Part shown: positions 13,341 through 25,529 of the stretch, piece by piece
Layout: each line of letters starts with the position of its first letter
Numbering within the stretch: the first letter of the stretch is position 1
Notes under the pieces: model-generated
What the model was told of the DNA's origin: nothing
The model's database searches: none
What the model saw: only the letters and a program-made list of their open reading frames with translations
Made by a program: the position numbers and the translations under genes
NCBI GenBank assembly: GCA_951406725.2
Contig: OX597820.1
Location: 62,248,001-62,312,000, forward strand
Direction of reading: 5' to 3'
DNA length: 64,000 nt
Source of the DNA: Octopus vulgaris
Lineage: Eukaryota

Positions 13341-14006
13341 GCTGTGTACATATATCACTAATAATCTGATAAATAATTTTCAAAATGACAAGTCTGATAT
13401 TGTTGCTTTCACAATCTTAATCTCGTAGATAATCTTCAAAAATGACGGTTTACATTATGGCTGCTACACCATTCATTATCTTTAAATTAATCTTCGAAAT
13501 AGTTATAAGATTCTCGATGTTCTCTCCCAGAGAGATTTTCGGGTAGTTTATCTTATCTCAACTTTATTTCCGTCATTTGAGGATGCTGGAAATAATCAAT
13601 AACCGAATAGAGTTATCTTTATTTTAAGAATGATCTCACTTTAGGATACATTTTGGAACGAATGTCATCGAGAATCAGGGTGTTTGTATATTGAATATAT
13701 GACTGATTACCAAACAAGGAGCGAGTTCTTGGGTTAAGTCTCATTCTGTGGTATATTGAGAAAGTTTATGTTTTTACTGCATGGAATCGAGTTGATGGAA
13801 ACAAAGTGGAAGTCCATCTAGTGGGTTGTTACTGTAACTGAAAGGTCCAGCCTGGTGAAACATTAACTCACACAAAATTAGTACAACAAATATTTTGAGG
13901 ATACGTATGTCTGTGGAATACTCAGCTACTTGCTAAATTAACGAGCTGATAGTTCAATTGATTTAAAAAAAACAAATATTCATAGTCCAAACTTAGTGCA
14001 TAAACC

Positions 14007-14171
14007 AATCATCGTCATCATCCTCATCATCGTCCTCGCCGTCATCATCATCTTCATCATCAACATCGTCATCATCATACTCGTCATCATCATCATCATC
14101 ATCATCATCGTCGTCGTCGTCGTCGTCGTCGTCATCATCATCATCATCCTCATCATCATCATCATCATCAC
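14007..14171. repeat. (CAT/CGT)n trinucleotide repeat
   Basis: Directly visible. Confidence 0.9.
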
Positions 14172-14754
14172 CAACCGCCCAAACAACAAACTAAAGACTA
14201 AGGCAAACATGCAATCCACCCTTGTCAACCAATAGAAAGCATGGTATGTAATGGGGTAATTTTCATCGATTATCTCCTTTCAACATGTCTGAACTTATAA
14301 GTATACCAGACATATCAACCTCAGTAGAAATGGGTAGAAGAATCCGATTTAGTAAAATTTGTACTCGAAAATATTGCAAAAATATAAGGGAATCAAGACG
14401 ATATGGAATTTCCTTTTCCTTTTATTTTCTTTTTTTATAAGCAGGGTCTGCGCCATCGAAACCTCTCCGAGTCCAATTGACAGCGGCGTCAGTAGCATAG
14501 CACACTTACGGGGCCATAAATACTGGAATGTCTTAAAAGAATTAATTGTTTTTGGCAAAACATGAAAATGAAATGTATTAGGGAAAAAGAAGATGGAACA
14601 TTCGCTAGCCATGCTGACTTTAAGAGTATTATGGACATTAGCAAAAGGGATTTGATATCAACAGACCGCAAGGAGAAAATGTCTAGTAAGCTCAAACCAA
14701 TTAAATCAAAATTATAGATAAGAGTGCTTCTTATATTCATGATCATGAGAATGA

Positions 14755-15557
14755 CAAGGAGAAGGAGAAGGTAGGAGAAAGAGCAGGTAAGAGGAGGAGA
14801 AGGAGAGGAAGAAGAAGCAGGAGAAGAAAAGAGGAAGAAGGAAGAAGAAAAGAGGAAGGAGGAAGAAGAAAAGAGGAAAACTGAGAAGAAAAGAGGAAGA
14901 AGGAAGAAGAAGAAAAAGAAGAAGAAAAGAGGAAGGAGGAAGAAGAAAAGAGGATGAAAGAAGAAAAGAAGAAGAAGAAAAGAAGAAGGAGGAAGAAGAA
15001 AAGAGGAAGGTGGAGAAGAAGAAGAAGAAGAAGAAGAAGGAGGAGGATGAGAAGAAGAAGAAGAAGAAGAAGAAGAAGGTGAAGAAGAAGAAGAAGAAGA
15101 AGAAGAAGAAGAAGGAGGAGGAGGAGGATGAGGAGAAGAAGAAGAAGAAGAAGAAGAAGAAGGAGGAGGAGGAGGATGAGGAGAAGAAGAAGAAGAAGAA
15201 GAAGGAGGGGAGGAATAGAAGAAGAAGAAGAAGAAGGAGAAGAAGAAAAAAGAGGAAGGAGGAAGAAGAAGAAGAAGAAGAAGCAAAAGAATTCGAAAAG
15301 AGGGAGGAGGAAGAAGAAAAGACGATGAAAGAAGAAAAGAAGAAGAAGAAAAGAGGAAGGAGGAAGAAGAAAAGAGGAAGGCGGAGAAGAAGAAGAAGAA
15401 GAAGAAGAAGAAGAAGAAGAAGAAGGAGGAGGAGGAGGAGAAGAAGAAGGAGGAGGAGGAGAAGAAGAAGAAGAAGGAGAAGAAGAAGAAGAAGAAGGAG
15501 GAGGAGGAGGAGGAGAAGAAGAAGAAGAAGGAGGAGGAGAAGAAGAAGAAGAAGAAG

Positions 15558-15589
<32 letters not shown>

Positions 15590-15650
15590 GAAGAAGTAGA
15601 AGACGAAGAAGTAGAAGAAGTAGAAGAAGTAGAAGAAGAAGAAGAAGAAG
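14755..15650. repeat. About 900-bp polypurine (GAA/GGA)n tract
   Basis: Almost only A and G on the + strand. Confidence 0.95.
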
Positions 15651-16290
15651 TAACAGCAGCTTGTAGTCAAGTGAATGCCATAGAACCAATTCTGAACATA
15701 TCGTGTAGTTTACGGATGAAATTGTTTGGAGATATGCTATTTGATATGCTATTTTGCGAAGCGTTTCTGTACCACTGAGAAGTAAAGAACAGATCCTACC
15801 CAGAAAATGGATCAAGTTAATACAAAATGCGATTGGAGTTCCATGTCAAATCAACAAGCAATATAGAAAGAGGATAATTGTCCCTTAATTTGGAAGGCAA
15901 CTTATAAGTAAATTGCCAGCTAGACGCTGAACAATCAGAACAGAAAACCTGTTATGAAGCATCAATAAGTTTAAAATCAATGTTCTCTATAAATTATTCT
16001 ATGAAACAGAAACACTTTAGGTTGTATGATTTTGCAGCCATGCAAGGATTTAAAAATGTTGTAACATCTAAGGACACTGACTTAAATATCAGTATTACCT
16101 TAGCTATAATTATTAACATTAACCTAGCTATAAACCAAAATTGAACACTATTAAAAAAAAAAACTTTTAAGGAGCAAAATGAAGAAAACGTATACTATTT
16201 CACAGTTCTATATTTAAGAGATGAGGAATTATGTACATTATTTACATTATTTACGTTCGACGGATATTTGTCCTCATCTTGTTTGTTGTT

Positions 16291-16336
16291 AACACAACGT
16301 TTCGGCTGATATACCCGCCAGCCTTCTTCAGGTGTC
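16291..16336 (-). ncRNA. Minimal type I hammerhead ribozyme (family C)
   Basis: gacac-CTGAAGA-a-ggctg/cagcc-GAAAC-GTT-gtgtt. Stem III is the palindrome AACGTT. Confidence 0.7.
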
Positions 16337-16382
16337 TTGGGGTAATTTCTCATTCCTAAGGTATTTTTCGATATTATTGTTA

Positions 16383-16463
<81 letters not shown>

Positions 16464-16619
16464 GTGTTCAGGTCCCTGCTTAGAATCGAACTCGGAATTT
16501 TGGGGTTAGAAGCCCGCTCTCTTAAACACTACGCCATACGGGCATATGGCGTAGTGGTTAAGAGCACGGACTACTAACGCCAAGATTACGAGTTCGATTC
16601 GAAGCAGTGGCATGAACAC

Positions 16620-16660
<41 letters not shown>

Positions 16661-16663
<3 letters not shown>

Positions 16664-17274
16664 CAAACCACCCCCAGTGCTTGAAAATGACCACATCTCA
16701 CTCCTCTGCAACTTCACCATTCAAACTGACAGAAAGATAGATGCAAATAGGCCAGACATCATATTGAAAGACTTCAAACAAAGAACATGCCTCCTCATTG
16801 ATATGACTGTTTCAATCGATATAAACGCATCTGTCAAGACCTACCAAAAACTGAGCAAATATAAAGATCTTGAAATAGAAATCAGCAAAATGTGGAACCT
16901 GAAGACTAAAACAATACCTGTTGTCATAGGTGCCCTGGGAATGATAGCAAAAGGGGCTGATAGCTACCTAACTCAGATACCAGGAAACCCAAAGATGGCA
17001 GAAATTCAAAAGATAGTGCTCATGGGAACTGCTCATATCCTACGCAAAATACTTTCTATGTAATCTCAAGGTTTAAAACAAACATAATTTTCGGTTTAAA
17101 AAAAAAAAATATATATATATTTTTTTGACATTCATTAGTACAACACCAAAAACTCCCTCCCAAATATATGGCACACTAGGCATAACAACAACATGAACTT
17201 CCAACCTGTTGTCTCTTGAGGTCTCTGGGTGAGACTTGGAGCCAACTTGTATAAATATAAAGCAAAACTCAAAC

Positions 17275-17277
<3 letters not shown>
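16661..17277 (+). mobile_element. 5'-truncated R4/Dong-like (restriction-like endonuclease) LINE inserted in (TAA)n
   Basis: ORF to 17063: NFTIQTDRKIDANRPDIILKD..CLLIDMTV..K..KYKDL..PVVIGALG (PD-D RLE domain). Flanked by (TAA)n at about 16620-16660 and 17278-17343. Confidence 0.88.
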
Positions 17278-17346
<69 letters not shown>

Positions 17347-17395
17347 CATCGAAAAATACCTGAGGGATGAGAACCCAGGTTCGAAATTTCCCCAA

Positions 17396-17441
17396 GACAC
17401 CTGAAGAAAGCTGGAGGGTATATCAGCCGAAACGTTGTGTT
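17396..17441 (+). ncRNA. Minimal type I hammerhead ribozyme (family C)
   Basis: gacac-CTGAAGA-aagctg...cagcc-GAAAC-GTT-gtgtt. Confidence 0.65.
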
Positions 17442-17506
17442 AACAACAAACAAGATTAGGACAAATATCCGTCGAATGTAAATAATGTAAATAAGGTACG
17501 TATATT

Positions 17507-17928
17507 ATTTTTCTTTTAATTGTTTCAGTCATTTGAAAGCGGACATGCTGGAGCACCGCCTTTAGTCGAACAGATCGATCGCAGGACTTATACTTTGTAA
17601 GCCTAATACTTATTCTATTGGTCTCTTTTGCCGAACCTCTAAGGTCACGGGGACGTAAACCCACCAGTATTGGTTACCAACCGATGGTTGGGGACAAACA
17701 CAGACACACGAACATGCACACACACACACGCGCGCGCGCGCACAGAGGCATACACACGCACACATACGACGGCCCTCTCTAAGTTTCTGTTCACGAAATC
17801 CACTCACAAGGCTTTGGTCGATCCGAGGTTATGGTAGAAGACACTTGCCCAAGGCCCCAAGCAGTGTGATTGAAACCTGAACCATGTAGTTGGTAAGCAA
17901 GCTACTTAACACACAGCCACGCCTGCAC
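17507..17928 (-). mobile_element. SINE family A
   Basis: Reverse complement of 11726-12146 including head, internal CA tract and tail. Confidence 0.85.
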
Positions 17929-18835
17929 TTATTTACATAAACACGTTGAACCGTTCCTCTCACACTTGGGATAACAAGTAGGATGATTATAATCTCGTTT
18001 AATCTAGCATTTAACTTGATTATAATCACTAGTATAGCCAAGGCATTCTTATATCTACGGGCACGTTTACTGCATTTCAAAATCCATTATGTATAACTAT
18101 TCCTCTATGGACACCATTGCTTCTCAGATTGCACACTATAACCAAATATAACTACACAGCTCCACCTTAACGGCCAGCTTCTGACAGCTGAAATTCCCTT
18201 AAGTGCACTTTCAAGCGCTCCTGTTTTAATCTCTGCTGTGATGTATCGAGCGTTTATAGCACCCAAGACAGTAAAGTTTGTAATTTTACATCACTCACTG
18301 GGAAAATTTTCGATTTGTATAATTATCAGCATTCATTCTCATTTAGATCAATAAGGAGATTTACAGGTAATTGTCTTAAAAAGAACCAGGAACAAAAATG
18401 GTCTTTAATATAATGAAACGCCGTCGGTAAAGACGGTGCACATCAATGATTTATAAACAGCTGAGCTTTTCTAAACTTAAAGTTTCTCATATTAGGAGGA
18501 TTAGAGAAATAACACAGTTGCCAGCTTGAGAAATTAATCTGGGACAGTTTCCACTAGCCGGATTATCGAATGCCTACCAATTCAACCGAACAGTATGTTT
18601 TTATTTTTTTTACCTGAAATTGTGTAGAAAACTTACACATCCTTGACAATAGGACTCAACTGGGTTGTTTCCCTTCCACTATCTATCCAAAGTGCAATGT
18701 TAGTCTGCTATATGTATATATATATATATATATATGTATATAGGGAGAATTCATCAAAATAAAACAAAAGACGAAGACAGGTGGTGTAGTAGACAACAAA
18801 CACATGTATTAGTATAAAGCTCGGGAAGTTAAAAA

Positions 18836-18875
18836 GTCTTTAATATTTCGAGCTTACGCTCTTCCGCAGAAAAGA
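18836..18875 (-). ncRNA. Degenerate minimal hammerhead-like motif in a (TA)n-flanked element (about 18740-18945)
   Basis: tctttt-CTGCGGA-a-gagc(gtaa)gctc-GAAA-tatt-aaaga. Core position A6 is substituted. Confidence 0.4.
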
Positions 18876-19049
18876 ACACAGAAAAAAAACAAGGAGAGAA
18901 AATAAAGAATGTCTAGTGGATAGCGATCTATCATGCGACTGCCATATATATATATATATATATATACAACTTTTCGTAATGAGATAAAAAAAAAACCTAG
19001 GCATTACCTGACACCCTTGGGTCTCATTGACACCATTATCTCTTACAAA

Positions 19050-19099
<50 letters not shown>

Positions 19100-20322
19100 C
19101 AAGGGACGTTCAATAAGTAATGCCTCTGACCCACTTGCCGTTGTTTGATCTAGCTGAAATTTTGCATGTGCAATTATTTATATCTCTATAGATTAAGTGG
19201 CAAATTACAGCTCTGAGCTAATTGTGATTTCTGATTTACAGGTGTTTGAACTGAGTCAAGTGTGAAATGGAGCCTGTTGAGTGTCGAGCAGTGATCCGGT
19301 TTTTGTATTTGAAAGGACGCACACCACAGGAGACTTTTGATGAAATGAAAGTAACTTATGGTGATGATGCCCCATCATATGACCTTGTAAAACGCTGGCA
19401 TCGTGAATTCAAACATGGTCGAAACTCTGTGGAAACAGCTCCCAGATCTGGTTACCCCCTTCTGCTATTGATGAGGCATCTGTCCGTCAAGTTGAGGCTG
19501 CCATTTTGGAAGATCGATGCATAACTATTCGCCAAATAGCCCATGAGGTCAAGATTAGTACCGGGTCTGTGGAAACTATCATTCATGACCATTTGCATAT
19601 GCAAAAGGTGTCTGCCAGATGGATTCCCAGGTTGCTCACACCTTTCCAGAAGCAAGAACGCGTCGAGTGCTCGAGGATGAATTTGGAGATGTGCCAAGAA
19701 GATGAGTCAAAATTTTTCAAAAGACTGATTACACAGGATGAAACCCGGGTCCATCACTATGATTCAGAGACCAAAGCCCAGTCAATGCAGTGGAAGCACC
19801 GTGACTCACCTCTTCCAAAGAAGGCAAGGGTGCAGCCCTCCGCTGGCAAGGTCATGCTCACAGTCTTCTGGGACCAGGACGGAGTAGTGATGACAGATTT
19901 CCTGGCAAAGGGTACCACAATTACAGGAGCCTATTATGCTTCACTTTTGAGGAAATTATGAGAAGCTATCAAAATCAAGAGGTGGGGCAAGATCAGCAAA
20001 GGCATCCTCCTCCTGCAGGACAACGCTCCGGTTCACAACTCGCTTGTCGCCAGATCAGAAGCATAGGCGTGCTGCTATGAACTCCTCCCCCATCCCCCCT
20101 ACGCTCCTGACCTTGCAGCCTTGATTTCTAAAGTCACGTCGTGGTTGGAGGACCAAGCTGGGGTCTTCTACAAAAACGGTCTCCAGCGCTGCATCGAACG
20201 AGGGCAGAAATGCGTAACTCTGGGTGGTTCCTATGTAGAAAAAGACTAATAACTGTGCCAAGTTTCGTTGCTCTACTGCTATGGGAAGTGGGTCAGTGGC
20301 ATTACTTATTGAACGCCCCTCG
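19100..20322 (+). mobile_element. Mariner transposon (Himar1/Hsmar2-like), inactive
   Basis: About 37-bp TIRs caagggacgttcaataagtaatgcc / ggcattacttattgaacgcccctcg with TA flanks. Transposase from 19267 with WIPRLL, QDET, QDNAPVH and HPPYAPDLA. One frameshift, stops and a C-terminal deletion. Confidence 0.93.
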
Positions 20323-20580
20323 TATATATATATATAAAGGACTCAAATACGGGTGCAAACTGTTAAATCCACCAAAAAATGTTTTTCTCTATGATTCCCC
20401 ACACCCATATTCTTTCTACTATGTCTAATATTTAATGAGACGGATTAGATCGAAATTGGTTATATTTTATTAAACAATCTCTAAAATATAATTCTGTGCT
20501 TTTCCAACTTTAATTACTTTTCTTAACTATAATATTTGATTTGTATGGGCTCCAAACCACTTTTCACCTATATACATACA

Positions 20581-20614
<34 letters not shown>

Positions 20615-21039
20615 AACTTAAAACTTAGATATGTTTCGACCAAAGATTAGTCCAGGCCATGCCTAACTTAATAGCACCACCTGATAGGTTTATCTCAATC
20701 CTTTTTAAGTCAAGTTCTGTGGTATCTTGATCCACTAGAGTAGGGAGTTCTTGTTGTGTGAGTTGTATCCATCTATAGGTGACTTATTCTGTGAAGAAAT
20801 TTGTCCAGATTCCTTTTAAAGATGATGGGTTCCTTTTCCTGATGAGGAAAAGAAGTTGTGTTGCAGTGTATTGATGCGTTGTGACCCTGAATTGGGTACG
20901 GGACGTATATACGCTCATGAATATATTATAGATAAAAATAGGAACTGTATATGTGGGTGCTTATTTATATATAGGTAGTTATACATTCGCATACACACAT
21001 GCAGTTCATGCAGTTCATTTTAAGAGCTACTGCTAAGCT

Positions 21040-21464
21040 CCGAATGTCCAGCTCTGTCAGCATGGTCTGAAGTTAGCCTGCGGTTGCAGCAGTGAGTACG
21101 ATGTTATCTGCAGGCTGGAGGTCTGTTAGTTTTTCACCTTTGATGTCCTTGATTACCATTTTTGGACTTGCAATAAAGACCTTTGGGGAGAGTGTATCTC
21201 GTTGTTTGACACCCTTCTTAGTTGGAATCCTTTCTGGTCGCAATAGCTGGGCTATATCTGTTGTGCATACATATCTGAACAGGGTGAAGTATTGCGCTTC
21301 GACACCTTCCATTTTCAGAGACGCTTGGCTGTGTGGAAAGTAGCTTGCTTACCAACCACATTGTCCCGGGTTCAGTCCCACTGCGTGGAAACTTGGGCAA
21401 GTGTCTTCTACCATAGCCTCGGGCCGATCAATGCCTTGTGAGTGGATTTGGTAAACGGAAGCTG

Positions 21465-21556
<92 letters not shown>

Positions 21557-22150
21557 GCGTGTGTGTGTGTATGTGTGTGTGCGTGTGTGTGTGTGCGTGC
21601 GTGTGTGTGCGTGTGTATGTTTGTGAGTCTGTGTTTGTCCCTGCCCCCAACATCGTTTGTGAACCAATGCTGGTGTGTTTACGTTTCCGTAATCTAGCGG
21701 TTCAGCAAAAGCTGTGTTACATTGAATATGGCTTCTAGTGTACAGAAACTGCTTACTCCGGCACCTGATGATCCTCAAAGTGTTTTGAGAGTCTGCTGAT
21801 TATGACCTTTGTAAACAGTTTATAGAATAGAGACAAGAGGTATGCGTGGGCAGTAGCTTTTTAAATCTTTTGTTTCATCCTTCTTACAAAGTAGGGTGTT
21901 ACTTGACTCTTTCCACAAGGAGAATATTTTACCCTCCTTCCAATAGCAATAGACGTTTAGAACGAGGATGTTCCACAGATCTTCCCCTCCGCATCTTAAC
22001 ATCTCTGTTGTGATGACATATGTTCTAAGAGCTTCATTTTCATTAGTCTGGGGGTATTTTCAATTTCACGGGTCATAATAGGTGGCACTTCTCCCAGCGT
22101 TTATGACGGTGGAGGATCGAGCTTCAGTGAGGATTTAAAAAGGTATAGAA
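21040..22150 (-). mobile_element. Degenerate RTE/BovB-like LINE RT fragment interrupted by a SINE
   Basis: KKGVKQRDTLSPKVF, ADNIVL and WKESSNTLLCKKDETKDLKSYCP motifs. Confidence 0.7.
21319..21712 (+). mobile_element. SINE family A (3' truncated)
   Basis: ggctgtgtgg A box, gggttcagtccc B box, ttgggcaagtgtctt core, internal microsatellite. Confidence 0.85.
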
Positions 22151-22184
22151 GCTTCTGCTACCTCCCGCCATATATGTAAATATC

Positions 22185-22188
22185 TATC

Positions 22189-22234
<46 letters not shown>

Positions 22235-22246
22235 TAGATATATATA

Positions 22247-22301
<55 letters not shown>

Positions 22302-22728
22302 CATGCATACTTATATGTATGTATATTGTAAGATAGACTTAGACAAATCAGATGTAATAACCGAAAAAGAGATGAAGAAGACGAAGACGATGATGATGAT
22401 GATGATGAGGATGATGTTGATGATGATGATGATGATGATGATGATAAAGGGCAAAGGGTGATAGTGCCACAGTACAGGAAACTTATTTCTTTGGTATATA
22501 ACATTGATTTATTGGTGGTAGCAGTCGAAACAACAACCCATTCAAAGTGCTTTGTATTTCGTTAGCGCTTCATGCAAACTGTCTTTCCTTCTCTCTCCCT
22601 CTCTCCTTTTCTCCTTTTCTGTCTTCTGCTCCCTCTTTCCACCTCATTCACATTCTCCCTTTCTCTTCCTCTTTCGTCCTCTCTCTCTCTCTCATACATA
22701 TGGAGACGGGTATGCATTAAAATGGATG

Positions 22729-22759
<31 letters not shown>

Positions 22760-22817
22760 TTATATATATGTACATATATACATATACATATATATGTATA
22801 TATATATATATACACAT

Positions 22818-22865
<48 letters not shown>

Positions 22866-23191
22866 GTATATTTATATATATATATACATATATATGTGCT
22901 TATATCTATATTTATATATATACACGTATATATAAATACATATATATACATATATATACATATATATTTATGTATATTTATATATGTGTGTGTGTGTGCG
23001 TATTTGTGTGTGTATCTGTATAGAGAGAGAAAAGAGAGAGAGAGAGAGAGAGAGAAATAGAGTGAGATGGTAAGAATATGAAGGGAAGACATGAATGTAG
23101 TTGAAATGGAATGTTGAGTTGATGGTAGGGGAATGCGCCTCTTCTCTTTTCATTTTTAAATTAACTGTCAAAGTTTTTTTAGATGACAAGT

Positions 23192-23235
<44 letters not shown>

Positions 23236-23687
23236 CACACACATGCATAGACTTCAACATAGACACACTAACGCACATTCCCCAACACACATATAAATTC
23301 TACACTTTCTCATATACACACACATCGATGTTAATTACGACTGGAAAAGTCACTGAAAATAGAGTAATGCCAAAGGCAGTGCTGATACGTATATACATAC
23401 ATACATACATACATACATACATACAAACCTGCATAAATACATACATACATACGTACGTACATACATAGAGGCATGCACACACACACGCACATATATGTAT
23501 ACACATATACAAATATGTATACATAATCATATACATACATACACACACACACATATATTTATACACATTTATATATGTACATGTATGTCCATATATATAT
23601 AAATGATATATATATATATATAATATATATATAAATGGATATATATATATATATATATGCATACATACATATAAATACACACGCACT

Positions 23688-23741
<54 letters not shown>

Positions 23742-23900
23742 GCTTATATACAGAGGCATGCATATGTGTATATGCGTAAGTTTACAGCTGTGTGGTAAAG
23801 ACAGCTTGCGACTGCGTATGACGGACTGAATATATACATATACATGCATAGATGTAATCTTATATACAAATATACGTATGTGTGAATATCTTTTTGTGTT
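22185..23900. repeat. Compound microsatellite block (TA, GAT, GA, CA, TACA)
   Basis: Directly visible. Confidence 0.9.
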
Positions 23901-24363
23901 TTAGTATATATATGAATGTAAATTCGCTGTGATGGTTAACTTTGTCCCAGGGGTATATCGGGGTAATTTAGTGTAAAATTTAATATTTATTCCCCAAAGT
24001 ACGTAATGATCGTTAGGACAGACAAGGTTGAAAAGAAATAAAAAAAAAGAAAAAGCAGGAAATAACAGGAAAAGGTGTTAAAATAAAACGTAAAGCGTAT
24101 GACTATAAAAAAATGTATTAGAAGAAAAATATACTGAAAGAAAAGAAAGGAAATATGTAGAGTGACCAAACGAGTGAGAAGCAGACGAACAGATAGGCAG
24201 AATATATAAGGGATAGAGAAACGAAGGAAAATTATTTAGAAACGATTACATAGGAAGAATACATTTACGGATCATAAATATATAAAGAATAAAAATAACG
24301 AAGGATAAAATGGCGCATACAAGCACTAATCAAATTACATACGTTCATATATATGATCAAACA

Positions 24364-24394
<31 letters not shown>

Positions 24395-25009
24395 GTCGGC
24401 TTCGACATATGAATGTCTAACAGCCGATATTATGGCCGTTAAATTGCTCGCACAGATTGCTTTCAGAGGTGAAAGTTTCTTTAGGATCAGCTTCGCTTTC
24501 TGGAAATGCTGATATCAGAAAGTTGGCGCGAATGTTTTCCACAAACTCAATGAAGAAAATAACTCAGGTATTTCTATTAGAGTTCTACACCCGATGATCA
24601 CTTAGCTAGCTGAAACTTCGAATTCACTGACGGTATTCTTGTTGTTAAAGAATACGTTTGTTCTCTACAAAATTATGGAATAAGATTTCAGGTTAATGTA
24701 AAATTGTTTTTATTATAACGAAACATAAGAACAAGTGTATATATATATATATATATATATATGTCGTTGCTATTATGAAAAAGTGTCGTAAATCCAAAAC
24801 GTTGGTTTTTAAGAAAACGAATAAAAATCGTTTCACCATTTCATAGCAAAATCGTTGTCCTACACTTAAACAATGTTTATCTTGGCATCTGAAGCAGGTG
24901 GAGATACGAGAGTTTGACCAAAAAGAACCGGCTATTGGAAGTAAAAATATATATTGAAAAAAAAAACACATTTGGCCAAATTTAGACATAGAACAATTTA
25001 ACATCATAG

Positions 25010-25052
<43 letters not shown>

Positions 25053-25160
25053 GAGTGTATTTTACCTTGTTAACAATTAACACGGATAAATAAATAAATA
25101 GTTACCAGGGCAATCCATCATTTTTTGCTAAAATGTCGTATTGACGAGTTTCGTTTTTTC

Positions 25161-25246
25161 ACTTTCCCGAAGAGAATATTGCATTGTTTATACCTTTTAT
25201 TCTTTTGAATAGTATCAGTGGAATTTTCGAAACATATGTAGAAAGT
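25161..25246 (+). ncRNA. Type I hammerhead ribozyme-like motif with CCGAAGA core
   Basis: actttc/gaaagt 6-bp stem I; CCGAAGA; long stem II gaatatt.../...aattttc; GAAAC-ATAT-GTA with palindromic stem III ACATATGT. Inside an about 240-bp (TA)n-flanked element. Confidence 0.65.
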
Positions 25247-25302
25247 AAAAATACTTGTTTAAACCTGCGTTAACTCCATTTTTATTCATATATATATATA
25301 TT

Positions 25303-25470
25303 ATGCTGGAGCACCGCCTTTAGTCGAACAAATCGACCCCAGGACTTATTCTTTGCAAGCCTAATAATTATTCTATCGCTCTCTTATCCCGAACCGCTAA
25401 GTTACGGAGATATAAACACACCAACATCAGTTGTCGAGCGATGGAGTTGGGGGCGGAACAAACATAGGCA
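25303..25470 (-). mobile_element. SINE family A 3' fragment
   Basis: atgctggagcaccgcctttagtcgaacaaatcgaccccagg. Confidence 0.8.
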
Positions 25471-25529
25471 CAGTAATTATTTGAAACTTGGGTATACCGG
25501 GTAATATGCCGTTTAAAGCTTGTTCGCTG

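Larger units (their letters stand above)
16200..17495. mobile_element. Head-to-head palindromic pair of tRNA-headed, hammerhead-containing Penelope-derived units (family C); right arm interrupted by a Dong-like LINE
   Basis: Left arm 16200-16539 (-), right arm 16540-17495 (+). A box TGGCGTAGTGG (16547), B box GAGTTCGATTC (16590), (TAA)n, HHR, and a tail shared with the Penelope element at 28427-29580. Confidence 0.8.

Noticed and set aside
14440-14525. GC-richer patch with CCAATTG, CCATAAA and a minus-strand GTAAGT donor-like site
   Set aside because: Short motifs are expected by chance; no conservation data or coherent exon.
14489-15815. Long ORFs of 393, 367 and 218 aa
   Set aside because: Translations of the GAA/GGA repeat; low complexity, no domain.
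16540-16612. Possible genuine tRNA gene
   Set aside because: Acceptor and T stems do not pair well and it is part of a repeated mobile unit, so it is treated as a tRNA-derived head.
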